Positions 1 through 9,624 of a stretch of DNA of 64,000 bases are shown piece after piece. Origin of the DNA: Promethearchaeota archaeon (GTDB lineage: Archaea; Asgardarchaeota; Lokiarchaeia; Sigyniarchaeales; SOKP01). The translations under genes and the position numbers were made by a program. The DNA lies in assembly GCA_048940925.1 (NCBI GenBank), contig JBHLOC010000020.1, forward strand, positions 1 to 64,000, read 5' to 3'. The notes under the pieces were generated by a model. The model was not told where the DNA came from. It made no database searches and saw only the letters and a list, made by a program, of their open reading frames with translations. Within the stretch, counting starts at the first letter, position 1, and every line of letters begins with the position of its first letter.

Positions 1-962
1 CTGGATTCCTTATGCTAGCATTTTCAAATTCAATATGGATGGTTATTATTTCAAGAATTGTCGATGGTGTTTTTGGGGGTAATTTTCCAATTGCGAAGGC
101 AATTATTGGTGATGAAGTACCACCAAAAGATAGAAGCTTCCAAATGGCTAATATTGGTGTTGCTCATGTATTAGCTTCTCTTATTGGACCAGGAATGGGG
201 GGAATACTTTTTGGAATTGGGGGAATATTGCTTCCAGGTTTATTTGCAGCAGGATTATCTTTATTTACTATTATTATTACAATATTTATTTTAGAAGAAA
301 CTTGGCCAAAAACTAAAAGAGAGGCACATCTTGAGATATCACATGAAATAAATATAATAAAAATTAGGAAAAACAAAACTGCTATGTTTTATCTTAGTTT
401 ATTTGGTTTTCATACAATATCTTTCACAATTGCGATGGCTTCACTTTCTTTTTTCGCTCAAATTGTATTTAAACTAAATTCATCTGAAATTGGGATTTTG
501 TTAATGATCAGTGGAATTTTCCGAGCATCAGTAAGATTTACATTATTCAAACCTACTTTAACAAAATTAGGAGTAAACAATGCTATAATTGTAGGTTTGG
601 GTATATTTTTAATTGCATTTTTATTAATAGGATTTTCAATTAATGTAATTATGTTTTTAATCTTAATATTATTCATAAGTTTTGCTGCTTCTCTCACACG
701 AGGACCCTTAAATAGTAAAATTAGTCAATCAGTAACACCAAGGGAACAAGGAAAAATTAATGGTTATTCTTCAGGATTGGATAGTTTTGCACAAATTATA
801 GGACCTTTAACTGGAACTTTTATACTTGGCTTTTATCCCGCTTTTTTTCTAAGCTTCGTTCTTGGCTCAGTTGCTTTAATACCTTTCTTAATGAGTTTCA
901 AAAAGATTGAATTGAAAAAATATGCTCTTCAACCCCATAAGGATGTTGAGTTAATTGAATAA
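1..962 (+). CDS. MFS transporter (TetA/DHA1-like), 5' end outside window
   Basis: Many TM helices, motifs RIVDGVFGG, IGPGMGG, EQGKING; the frame is open upstream of the ATG at 12 to the window edge. Confidence 0.85.
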   Translation, partial: GFLMLAFSNSIWMVIISRIVDGVFGGNFPIAKAIIGDEVPPKDRSFQMANIGVAHVLASLIGPGMGGILFGIGGILLPGLFAAGLSLFTIIITIFILEETWPKTKREAHLEISHEINIIKIRKNKTAMFYLSLFGFHTISFTIAMASLSFFAQIVFKLNSSEIGILLMISGIFRASVRFTLFKPTLTKLGVNNAIIVGLGIFLIAFLLIGFSINVIMFLILILFISFAASLTRGPLNSKISQSVTPREQGKINGYSSGLDSFAQIIGPLTGTFILGFYPAFFLSFVLGSVALIPFLMSFKKIELKKYALQPHKDVELIE

Positions 963-1143
963 TTATTTTCTTATAAATCAAAAGTAATTTTTTTTATAAG
1001 ATCAAAAATAAATTAACTGAAGACTAGCATTTCTCTTCTTTAAGTAAATCATTAATTAATAACTTAGGGTTATAGAAAACTTCGGCCATATATTTAATAT
1101 TTCTTTTTAACAAATATTTCTCCATTTTGAAAAATATTAAATA

Positions 1144-1989
1144 CTATTCCTTTAAAAAATCCACTAAAATTTGATTAACTTCAGGGGTTTTTTCCAAAGG
1201 TAAACTATGACGTGTATCTTTGATGACCTTTAGAATGCTATTTGATATTCTTTCATGCATTTGTTTATTTACCGAAACCGTTGCGATTCGATCTTTTTCC
1301 CCACATAAAATTAAGGTTTTATTCTTAATTTCATGAAGTCGATCTAAAACATTATGTCCTTTAACTGCATGAGCAGCATTTTCATTATCTTGAAGTGAGT
1401 ATCGATTATTTAAGTCTCTTTCTACTAAATCCTCTACAGACCATAAATCAAAAAATTTTCTTTTAGGATTTTCTGCCATTTTTTTCCAGAATTCCCTTGA
1501 AAATCCACTTTTTGCGTATTTTAAAAAAGTATTAAGTGGATCATCTTCAAGTTCTTTATTATATGCTATTTTACCCTCTTTATACATTTCTGGACCTTGT
1601 TCATTAGGAAATCCTGGCCATGTATTTATTAGAACCAATTTATTTACTTGTTCTGGATACTTTAATATAAAGTTTAGGACGATCATACCTCCTAATGAGA
1701 CTCCAAGAACATGTGTCTTTTCTATATTAAGAAATTTAAGTAATTCATGGATGTCATCTGCATACATATTCATTGTATAGGGTATATTGGGATGATCAGA
1801 CTTCCCTGATCCTCGGTTATCAAATGTTATAACTTTAAAATGTTTTGATAACGCATCGATATGAACAAACCATCCTTCCTTAGAACCACCCCAACCATGA
1901 ACTAAAATTAAAGGATGTCCCTTTCCATATATCTCATAACAAATCTTTATTCCATTAACTTCAGCATATAATTCTGTCATATGAATCAA
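1144..1989 (-). CDS. alpha/beta hydrolase, paralog 1 of a tandem triplet
   Basis: HGWGG, DNRGSG, nucleophile GVSLGG, acid D (GEKD), His (RHSLP). Confidence 0.9.
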   Translation of the reverse strand: MIHMTELYAEVNGIKICYEIYGKGHPLILVHGWGGSKEGWFVHIDALSKHFKVITFDNRGSGKSDHPNIPYTMNMYADDIHELLKFLNIEKTHVLGVSLGGMIVLNFILKYPEQVNKLVLINTWPGFPNEQGPEMYKEGKIAYNKELEDDPLNTFLKYAKSGFSREFWKKMAENPKRKFFDLWSVEDLVERDLNNRYSLQDNENAAHAVKGHNVLDRLHEIKNKTLILCGEKDRIATVSVNKQMHERISNSILKVIKDTRHSLPLEKTPEVNQILVDFLKE

Positions 1990-2047
1990 TTTAAACAGTT
2001 AATAAATATGGTATTATCCTTCATGATTTTAAAAATTTTATATTAGA

Positions 2048-2899
2048 TTAATTTTTCAAGAATTCAATTATATAGCTATTAATTAACTGAGGATATTCCA
2101 GTATTGATTGATGTCCTGCTTTTTTGATAACAATAAATTTACTATTAGGAAGTAATTCATGAATTTTTCTATTTAATAACACAGGACAAGTTTTATCTTT
2201 CTCTGCTGCGATAATTAGAACTTCATTTTTAATTTCATGTAATCTATCATATGTATTATGAGTTCTTAATGCTTCAGCTTGATGAATTATATCTTCCTCT
2301 GTTGGACCATAATGAATTTTTTCTTTTATTAGATCCTCTACTGACCATATATCATGGAACTTCTTTTTTGGGTTTTCTTTTATTTGATTCCAAAATTCTC
2401 GAGAATAACTTCTTTTAGCTTTTGTTATAAATGCATTTAGGGGATCGATTTTCATTGCATTAAGATCTACTAAAGCATTGTTTTTATAATACTCAATTCC
2501 TTTATCAGGAGGAACTCCTGGAGGTGTCACACCAGCAATTGTATTGATTAATACTATTTTATTTATTCTTTCAGGGTATTTCAAAGCATAGTTTTGGACA
2601 ATCATTCCTCCTAAACTATGTCCAATTATATGGCTTTTTTCTATATTAAGATGATTGATTAAGCCAAATATATCATTAGCATAAACTTCCACTGAATAGA
2701 CGCCGTCTGGCCTATCTGATTTTCCAGCTCCTCTATTATCCATTCTAATTACTTTAAAATGCCTAGATAAATTTCCTATTTGAGCCCTCCAATGTTCTTT
2801 TCTGTCTCCGAATCCATGAATTAACACAAGAGGTTCACCCTCTCCTGAAATATCGTAACAAATATTCACTCCATTAACTTTAGCGAATAAATCTGTCAT
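2048..2899 (-). CDS. alpha/beta hydrolase, paralog 2
   Basis: HGFG, DNRGAG, GHSLGG, AGHQS. Confidence 0.9.
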   Translation of the reverse strand: MTDLFAKVNGVNICYDISGEGEPLVLIHGFGDRKEHWRAQIGNLSRHFKVIRMDNRGAGKSDRPDGVYSVEVYANDIFGLINHLNIEKSHIIGHSLGGMIVQNYALKYPERINKIVLINTIAGVTPPGVPPDKGIEYYKNNALVDLNAMKIDPLNAFITKAKRSYSREFWNQIKENPKKKFHDIWSVEDLIKEKIHYGPTEEDIIHQAEALRTHNTYDRLHEIKNEVLIIAAEKDKTCPVLLNRKIHELLPNSKFIVIKKAGHQSILEYPQLINSYIIEFLKN

Positions 2900-2939
2900 A
2901 ATATATTACTTCTTTAGTTTTTATAAATAAAGTTTTTTA

Positions 2940-3776
2940 TTAATTTGTTAGAAACTCAATAATGGTTTTATTAACTTCTGGTGCTTTTGATTTGGGAGAT
3001 TCATGTCCTGCATTTTCTATTACTTTTATAATACTATTTGGTAATATTGTATGTATTTCAAACATTCTTTCTTTTGGAACAAGAATATCATGAGAAGCTG
3101 TAATTAAAAGAGTTTCATGACTAATTTCAAGTAATCTATTAGAAGTATTGTAAGTTTTGAAAGAATATGCAATATTTCGAATATCTTGAGGTGTTGGAGG
3201 GTCAGTAGTATAATAATCGATAAGATCTTCGACAGACCACAATCCATAAAACTTTTCCTTTGGATTTGCTAGCATTTTTTGTCTGAATCTATGATAAAAC
3301 CCAAATTGGGTACTTTGCCAAAATGCCTTGAGTGGATCTTTTTTTCTGAATTCTAATCCTTTAATTCTAGTTTGAATGTAAGGCTCTGGATCAAAATTCT
3401 CAGGGATCTTTAACATAGTATTGATAAGAATAAGTTTAGCAACATATGAAGGATATTTCAATACAAAATTTTGTGCAACCATACCACCAAACGAAAGACC
3501 TAATAAATGAATTTTTTCGATTCTCAGATATTCAATCAAACCCTTAATATCATCAGCAAACATTTCCATAGTATAATGATAATTTGGTCTTGAGCTTTTT
3601 CCTGCGCCTCTCATGTCAACTGTAATTGTTTTAAAATGTTTAGATAGTTCAGGAATTTGTGCCATAAAACTCTCTTTTTTAGATCCAAATCCATGAAGCA
3701 GAATTAATGGAAATCCTTCACCTTGAATATTATAACAAATTTTTATATCATTAACATCCGCATATGCTTCTACCAT
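2940..3776 (-). CDS. alpha/beta hydrolase, paralog 3
   Basis: HGFG, DMRGAG, GLSFGG, AGHES. Confidence 0.9.
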   Translation of the reverse strand: MVEAYADVNDIKICYNIQGEGFPLILLHGFGSKKESFMAQIPELSKHFKTITVDMRGAGKSSRPNYHYTMEMFADDIKGLIEYLRIEKIHLLGLSFGGMVAQNFVLKYPSYVAKLILINTMLKIPENFDPEPYIQTRIKGLEFRKKDPLKAFWQSTQFGFYHRFRQKMLANPKEKFYGLWSVEDLIDYYTTDPPTPQDIRNIAYSFKTYNTSNRLLEISHETLLITASHDILVPKERMFEIHTILPNSIIKVIENAGHESPKSKAPEVNKTIIEFLTN

Positions 3777-3881
3777 AATAAGTGCAAAGTAGCTTAGCTT
3801 TTAAGAAGATCTATTATTAATTGATTTAAAAAATTGAACAAACAATATTAGCATTGTAAAATTAGATAAAGATTAGATAAG

Positions 3882-4970
3882 TTAGATTTTGCAAATTGGA
3901 AATCCACAATATTTACAATTCCCATTTGGATCTAAGAAAATGTTTTCAACCCCTAGATTTCTTCTCTTTATTACTGTTTTAGAACATTTTGGGCATTTTG
4001 TATTATCATAATTTGTTGTTGGTAAATTTCCGAGATACACATAGTTTAAACCTGCCTTTTTAGCCTTATTATAAGCATTATAAAGCAGAGGAATAGGTGT
4101 AGGTTCAGAAATCCCATAATTCTGAGATTTATAATGAGGAAAAAAGCGAGAAATATGATAAGGAGTATCCTCTCCTAACTTTTTTAAGATTTTCTTGGTA
4201 ATCCCTTCAATGATTTTCTCATTTGAATTTAAACCTTGAATTAGTAATGTAGTAATTTCAATATGAACCCCTAAATCTTTAGCTAGCTTAGCATTCCTCC
4301 ATACTTTGTCTACGTCAGCACCACAATATTTCTGGACCATATCAGAGCCTCCTTTTATATCGATATTCATCGCATCGAGACCTGCATCTATTAATTCTCT
4401 CAAAACTTCCTCCGTCATGTAGCCATTTGTTACATAGGTATTATATAAGCCATTTTGTCTTGCTAATTTAAAAACTTCCAATGAATACTCAAATAATAAC
4501 GTAGGTTCATTAAAAGAAATTGAAGTTCCCTGACAATTACTTTTTAAAGCTATTTCAATTAGTTTCTCAGGTGGGAAAAATTCGTCAAGAGTAGAAAACT
4601 GAACTGCTTTTAAGGGATTAGTTTTAGATAAATGATGATTTTGACACCAAAAACAAGAAAAGTTACATCCATAAGTACCTATTGTTAAAGCTATGCTTCC
4701 TGGATAGAAGTGATAAAGAGGCTTTTTTTCGATAGGGTTAAATGATAATGCGGGAATTAAACCATACACTATAGAATAAATTTTACCCTTTTTATTGATT
4801 CTAGTCTTACAAAATCCTGCTTGACCATCAGAGAGAGTACAATTTCTTTCACAAGTTAGACATTGAGCAATATTATCATCTATTTGCTTTTGAAATCTAG
4901 CTAATTTTATAAATTTGGAGTTTATTATTTCCTTCAAATTATTATTATCTTTTTTACTTCTGTTTAGCAT
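3882..4970 (-). CDS. amrS: AmmeMemoRadiSam-system radical SAM enzyme (true start may lie slightly downstream)
   Basis: CxxCxxxC..G.C N-terminus, PIEKKPLYHFYPG, radical SAM motif CNFSCFWCQN, C-terminal CPKC..CKYC. Confidence 0.88.
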   Translation of the reverse strand: MLNRSKKDNNNLKEIINSKFIKLARFQKQIDDNIAQCLTCERNCTLSDGQAGFCKTRINKKGKIYSIVYGLIPALSFNPIEKKPLYHFYPGSIALTIGTYGCNFSCFWCQNHHLSKTNPLKAVQFSTLDEFFPPEKLIEIALKSNCQGTSISFNEPTLLFEYSLEVFKLARQNGLYNTYVTNGYMTEEVLRELIDAGLDAMNIDIKGGSDMVQKYCGADVDKVWRNAKLAKDLGVHIEITTLLIQGLNSNEKIIEGITKKILKKLGEDTPYHISRFFPHYKSQNYGISEPTPIPLLYNAYNKAKKAGLNYVYLGNLPTTNYDNTKCPKCSKTVIKRRNLGVENIFLDPNGNCKYCGFPICKI

Positions 4971-5412
4971 AAGTTCCTATTAATTCTGTTTGTTCGATAA
5001 TATGTCCTTCCATTGCTTTTAAGACTTTTTTCTTACGACTTTTAGAATCTAAAGGTAATTTACCATCTACAGCAAACAATTTGAAAATATATCTATGTTT
5101 CCCCTTAGGCGGACATGGTCCCATATATTTGTTTTTTCGCATCATATTCTTCCCTAGAATAGCTCCCTCTAAGGAACTATCTTCAAGTATTTCAGTAGTC
5201 TTAGGGTCAAGATGACAAATTACCCAATGAGTTACGGTACCTATTGGGGCATCAGGATCTTCCATGATTAGAACTAAACTTTTCACTTCTTGAGGAACTC
5301 CAGAAATTTTTAATGGTGGACTAATATCTTCACCTTGACATGTATATTTTATAGGGATCTCACCCATATGATTAAATGCAGGACTTGTTAAAGATAATTC
5401 TCCCATTAACAT
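4954..5412 (-). CDS. YbhB/YbcL (PEBP/RKIP-like) protein
   Basis: YTCQGEDISPPL, DPDAP..HWV, GPCPP.G.HRYIF. Confidence 0.92.
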   Translation of the reverse strand: MLMGELSLTSPAFNHMGEIPIKYTCQGEDISPPLKISGVPQEVKSLVLIMEDPDAPIGTVTHWVICHLDPKTTEILEDSSLEGAILGKNMMRKNKYMGPCPPKGKHRYIFKLFAVDGKLPLDSKSRKKKVLKAMEGHIIEQTELIGTYAKQK

Positions 5413-5447
5413 TCACCAAATAAAGAATATCTTTTGATCTAATTAAA

Positions 5448-5729
5448 CTATACTACATTTAAATGAAAAACATCGGGTTCTTTTAATTCCCATTCTTCAA
5501 ATGGATCATCTTTTACAGCATCTATCATTGCTGGTCGTGCCGCTAACCAATCTTTTTTAGATTCCCAAATTGCTAAACCAACAAGTTTATCTGTATCTTC
5601 ATCTTTTGTTGTGTGAGCCATAATAAGTCCTTTTTTTCCTTCAATAGCTTTTCCAAACCGATGCATAGAATCAACTAAAAACTGTTCTTTATCTGGTTTT
5701 GGATAATGAATTGACATATGAATAAACAC
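5448..5729 (-). CDS. ABM/dimeric alpha-beta barrel family protein
   Basis: 93 aa, LAIWESK..W pattern; GGAG RBS upstream of GTG. Confidence 0.65.
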   Translation of the reverse strand: MFIHMSIHYPKPDKEQFLVDSMHRFGKAIEGKKGLIMAHTTKDEDTDKLVGLAIWESKKDWLAARPAMIDAVKDDPFEEWELKEPDVFHLNVV

Positions 5730-5752
5730 TTTTTTTTATCTCCTATAACTCA

Positions 5753-7123
5753 TTATTTAGATTTTAAAATTTTACGTAAGAGATGAAATCCTATAGCAAA
5801 TAGACTTTTCATAAGTGGAAAATCCATTATATATCTAATTATCTTTAACAATCTATATTTCCTTGGTTTAAATGTACTTAAATCATTATTATAAGTAATT
5901 TCATCTATATAGAAATTTTTGTTGAAAAAAGACAGTATAAGAGAATAAGTCATGATTACAATTATATCCCATGCTCTTCTAATATGATCCACTGGATAAT
6001 TCAAATTTTCTCCCATTGCCATCCTAACAATTTCAATAACATGAAAAATATCAATATTACTTCTTATTAATTCTCTTGTAGCCCACAATAAATAAATACA
6101 TCCACCACAGTAGGAAACTAAAGCTTGCGCTCCCGTATCTTCTGCTTCTTTAAATTTTTTTATTCCCTCAGTAATTATATCAAAAATAATTGAAATATTC
6201 TTTATCCATGAAGCTCCAGAGCCAAATCCACAACATAATGAATCCTTTCTATTATGTTTCATCTCAATTATTTGGCAACCACATTTTTTTAATATCTCTC
6301 GTGGAATCTCCCAATAAGCATTCTCTATTGCCTTTGAATAGCAATTATCATGAATAGTTGTAGTGAAATCTAAAGATCTTTCCAATTTTAATTCTCCAGA
6401 ATTAATTTTACTTAAAAGCCATTGATTAAAATTAATGAAATTTTGAGTATGATTCACGCCCATTTCTTTAGGATGTACCTCCTTAAAGATATACTCAACA
6501 GCATCTAAACATGCGACAACATTTTTAACACCCCAATTATCAAAATCGTTTTTTGTCCGTTGAGCGATCTTTTGAACAACATCTAAGTAACCTCCTTGAT
6601 ATAAATACGCTCCACCTTCCCATTGGTCAATTCTGTCAATAGGCTTGAAATAATCCAGTAATTTGCTTCCACCAATTATAAAAGGAAATAAATGTGTATA
6701 ATTTCCAATTAATAAAGGTATATCTTTTGGTTTTGGGACATAATTCATCCAATTATAGATCCATCTTCTTTCTTGATTCGATAAAAAAATATTTAATAAT
6801 TGCCATATATTAGATTGTTTAGTAGGACACACAAATCGATATAACGGAGGGGCTGCTCTTTTTTTATATAAGTCATTCCATCTCTCAAGGATCAACTGAT
6901 AGGGATTTGCATTCTGAGGACAATATAAATTACAAGAAAAACAAGTATTACATTTAGAGAGAACATATTGAGTTTTTTTTCCTTCAATTAAATTTATAAC
7001 TTCTTTTTTTGCTTCTTCAATGGGTAATTCAAGAACAGGACATAAATGAAAACACTCACCACATAAATTACATAGATCTTCTCTAAAACCTGACTTTCTT
7101 GTGGTTTTACTCATTTTTACCAT
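5753..7123 (-). CDS. HdrD/GlpC-like Fe-S oxidoreductase (first CCG motif degenerate)
   Basis: Two CxxCxxCxxxCP motifs; HDNC..CCGFG..YCGGC; first CCG site reads QWEGG. Confidence 0.85.
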   Translation of the reverse strand: MVKMSKTTRKSGFREDLCNLCGECFHLCPVLELPIEEAKKEVINLIEGKKTQYVLSKCNTCFSCNLYCPQNANPYQLILERWNDLYKKRAAPPLYRFVCPTKQSNIWQLLNIFLSNQERRWIYNWMNYVPKPKDIPLLIGNYTHLFPFIIGGSKLLDYFKPIDRIDQWEGGAYLYQGGYLDVVQKIAQRTKNDFDNWGVKNVVACLDAVEYIFKEVHPKEMGVNHTQNFINFNQWLLSKINSGELKLERSLDFTTTIHDNCYSKAIENAYWEIPREILKKCGCQIIEMKHNRKDSLCCGFGSGASWIKNISIIFDIITEGIKKFKEAEDTGAQALVSYCGGCIYLLWATRELIRSNIDIFHVIEIVRMAMGENLNYPVDHIRRAWDIIVIMTYSLILSFFNKNFYIDEITYNNDLSTFKPRKYRLLKIIRYIMDFPLMKSLFAIGFHLLRKILKSK

Positions 7124-8388
7124 GCCTCTTCATAATTAGGGGGATCCTCAGAAATTTCAGCTAATCTAAACGTCTTCTTAGATAATAGTATTGGAACTTG
7201 TTTTCGAAGAGCACCCCAAAAGAAACGTTTACCTCTTTTTCTTTTTGCTTTTTTTGTTAAAGAGGGTTTTTCACCAATTGCTTTTTGTAATAATTCAATT
7301 ATATGATACACTTTAAGTTTTCTGAAATAAAGCGGCTTTACACCTAAGAATGTCGCAAGACAACCAGCACAATATACACATACAGCATCTGCTTTCGTCT
7401 TCCTAAAAGCTTTAAAATTTCTTACAGTTGAAGATCTTAATTTAAGTGAATGATAAGCAGAATTTACAGAAAAACCAGCACCAATTCCGCAACATCTCAT
7501 ATTTTCTCGACATGAATCAGTTTCTATCACTTTGACTCCTATTGCATCTAAAATCTTACGAGGTAAATCCATATACTCATCCCCAAACATTTTGGCATAA
7601 CATGAATCTTGGATTGTGACTGACATATCTAATTTTTTCCTAATTCCTATCTCTCCATTTTCGATTTTTTCCCATAAATATTGAATATATGATTTTATCT
7701 CTTCAAATTGATACGTTAAACCATAAAGAGGTAATACATTTTTGAAGACATTCGTACCGGCAGTACATAATACGAGTAAATTTTTTGGCTTTAATGTATT
7801 GAACCACTTATCCAATCTCTTAGTGACCTGAAAAAGCTCCTCTCTATAACCTGTTCGAAATAAAGTTTCACCACAACAGTATTCTAAACGTCCTCTAATT
7901 TCTAAATCTTTGAAAAAGCTTGCTTGAGTAAGCTCAGCAAAAGTTATTATGTTACATCCTGGGTATGTTAATGTGTCTGTATTTAAGGGTTTTAATGAAG
8001 CCCATTTTGTTACTAAATCTTTTGTCTTTTGTGGTAAATGATCCATTACATATGAACGAAAATTAGGATAATGAGGAAATAGAGTCATATAATGTTTTCC
8101 TCTTTTTCTTAACCCTTCCTTTTTATATTGTTCATTCCAATGTTGTAAAATAAGACTTGCTGGATGTGCATTTTTAGGACAATAGAAATTGCACGAAAAA
8201 CAACTTTGGCATTCATTTAATACTTTTTCTGTTTTTTCACCTGCAATTAACTTCTTTATTTCCTTAATTGCAAAATCAATAGGAAGCTTCATAACTGGAC
8301 ATTTATGGAAGCATTCACCACAAAAATTACAGACTTTTTCATCAAAAGCGGTAAAAAAATTATCATCAATTGGTTCAATTTTTGACAT
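7117..8388 (-). CDS. HdrD/GlpC-like Fe-S oxidoreductase with two CCG domains
   Basis: Two CxxCxxCxxxCP motifs; YPGC, YCCG, QDSC, RCCG, YCAGC. Confidence 0.87.
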   Translation of the reverse strand: MSKIEPIDDNFFTAFDEKVCNFCGECFHKCPVMKLPIDFAIKEIKKLIAGEKTEKVLNECQSCFSCNFYCPKNAHPASLILQHWNEQYKKEGLRKRGKHYMTLFPHYPNFRSYVMDHLPQKTKDLVTKWASLKPLNTDTLTYPGCNIITFAELTQASFFKDLEIRGRLEYCCGETLFRTGYREELFQVTKRLDKWFNTLKPKNLLVLCTAGTNVFKNVLPLYGLTYQFEEIKSYIQYLWEKIENGEIGIRKKLDMSVTIQDSCYAKMFGDEYMDLPRKILDAIGVKVIETDSCRENMRCCGIGAGFSVNSAYHSLKLRSSTVRNFKAFRKTKADAVCVYCAGCLATFLGVKPLYFRKLKVYHIIELLQKAIGEKPSLTKKAKRKRGKRFFWGALRKQVPILLSKKTFRLAEISEDPPNYEEAW

Positions 8389-8500
8389 TTTTAAATCGTT
8401 CTATTCATTATTGTATTTTTATTTATATTAATACCCCCTTATATAATATCTGGTTAAAAAAATATGCATTTTTTATGTATATAAGTTATTTAAATTATTT

Positions 8501-9328
8501 TCATGGAGCTATTATGAGAATTATAAGATATCCTAACATTAAATTCCCTAATATTATTCCTATGTCTTTTAGCGATGATCGTCCTAATAAATCAGTTCTC
8601 GGTTTTCTAAAAATATACAGAATTCCAAATGGAAAAAACAAAATTGGTAAGAAAATAAAATACTGAGTAATTATAAATGAAAAAATTGCTATAATAATAG
8701 AGATTATCGAAGCAATCCAAATTACTAACTGAGACGTTTTTGGTTGTAGTTTTGTTAAAGAATCTCCATCAATCATTTCATGAACCATCTGACCTGTAAA
8801 TGCTACAGAAGTTATAGATGCTAATATTAATGATTCGAATAAACCCATATTTGGAAAAACGTTAATGACCGTTTCTCCCGCATTAATTTTTATCATAAAA
8901 TATGGTAGAATAATATGAGATGTACCTAAAATAATATGGTTGATAATGACAATTTTTTTAAATAGACAATAGAAAATAACCATAATAACTATAATTACTA
9001 AGTAAATTCCTAAGATAGGTGTTGTTAAAATATTATTCATAAAGCACATAGTTCCTAAAACAAAACTACCAAGAGAAAGCACAAATATTTCTTTACGACC
9101 GTAACCTTCCACTCTTTGGAGAGTTTCTTTTTCACTAGGATCTTTCATATCTATAACATCATTAAGTGTATTCCCTGTTATTGCATAAAACGCAAAACCT
9201 GCCAGTATCCAAATATGAGAAATAATTTCATAGTTATTTAAATAAATGCAAAGCAAGCATGGAATGAGTACTGAGAAGATATATTCGACCCGAAGAAGCC
9301 TAAATCCCTTACTCATTAGTAAAATCAA
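8501..9328 (-). CDS. UbiA-superfamily prenyltransferase-like membrane protein
   Basis: Multiple TM helices; first Asp-rich motif NTLNDVIDMKD, second HEMIDGD. Confidence 0.7.
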   Translation of the reverse strand: MILLMSKGFRLLRVEYIFSVLIPCLLCIYLNNYEIISHIWILAGFAFYAITGNTLNDVIDMKDPSEKETLQRVEGYGRKEIFVLSLGSFVLGTMCFMNNILTTPILGIYLVIIVIMVIFYCLFKKIVIINHIILGTSHIILPYFMIKINAGETVINVFPNMGLFESLILASITSVAFTGQMVHEMIDGDSLTKLQPKTSQLVIWIASIISIIIAIFSFIITQYFIFLPILFFPFGILYIFRKPRTDLLGRSSLKDIGIILGNLMLGYLIILIIAP

Positions 9329-9441
9329 CTTGATATTACTACATTAAATTAATTTTTTATATTTTTAAAATGATTTAAGATTTTTTAGAACTTTTTTCTA
9401 AACCATTTCAAAAATTTACATTAGATTAACATATAATTAAA

Positions 9442-9595
9442 TTAGGGATTTATTTCAGTATTATAAGGTTAGCACTTTTCTCCCTTTGCTTTTAAAGAGT
9501 AAGCATACGCTAAATAATAACAGGTTTTATAATTAGGACAAATACATACAGTACCTACGATTTGTATTTATACCCTTTAGGACAAGTAATAATTG
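9442..9595 (-). pseudogene. decayed Cys-rich (RING-like Zn finger) ORF remnant
   Basis: Minus strand reads IITCPK (frameshift) QIVGTVCICPNYKTCYYLAYAYSLKAKGEKC*PYNTEINP*; Tyr (TAT) sits where Cys (TGT) would complete CxxC pairs. Confidence 0.4.
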
Positions 9596-9624
9596 GGTAT
9601 CTTTAAATGTATGATTAGTTTTCT

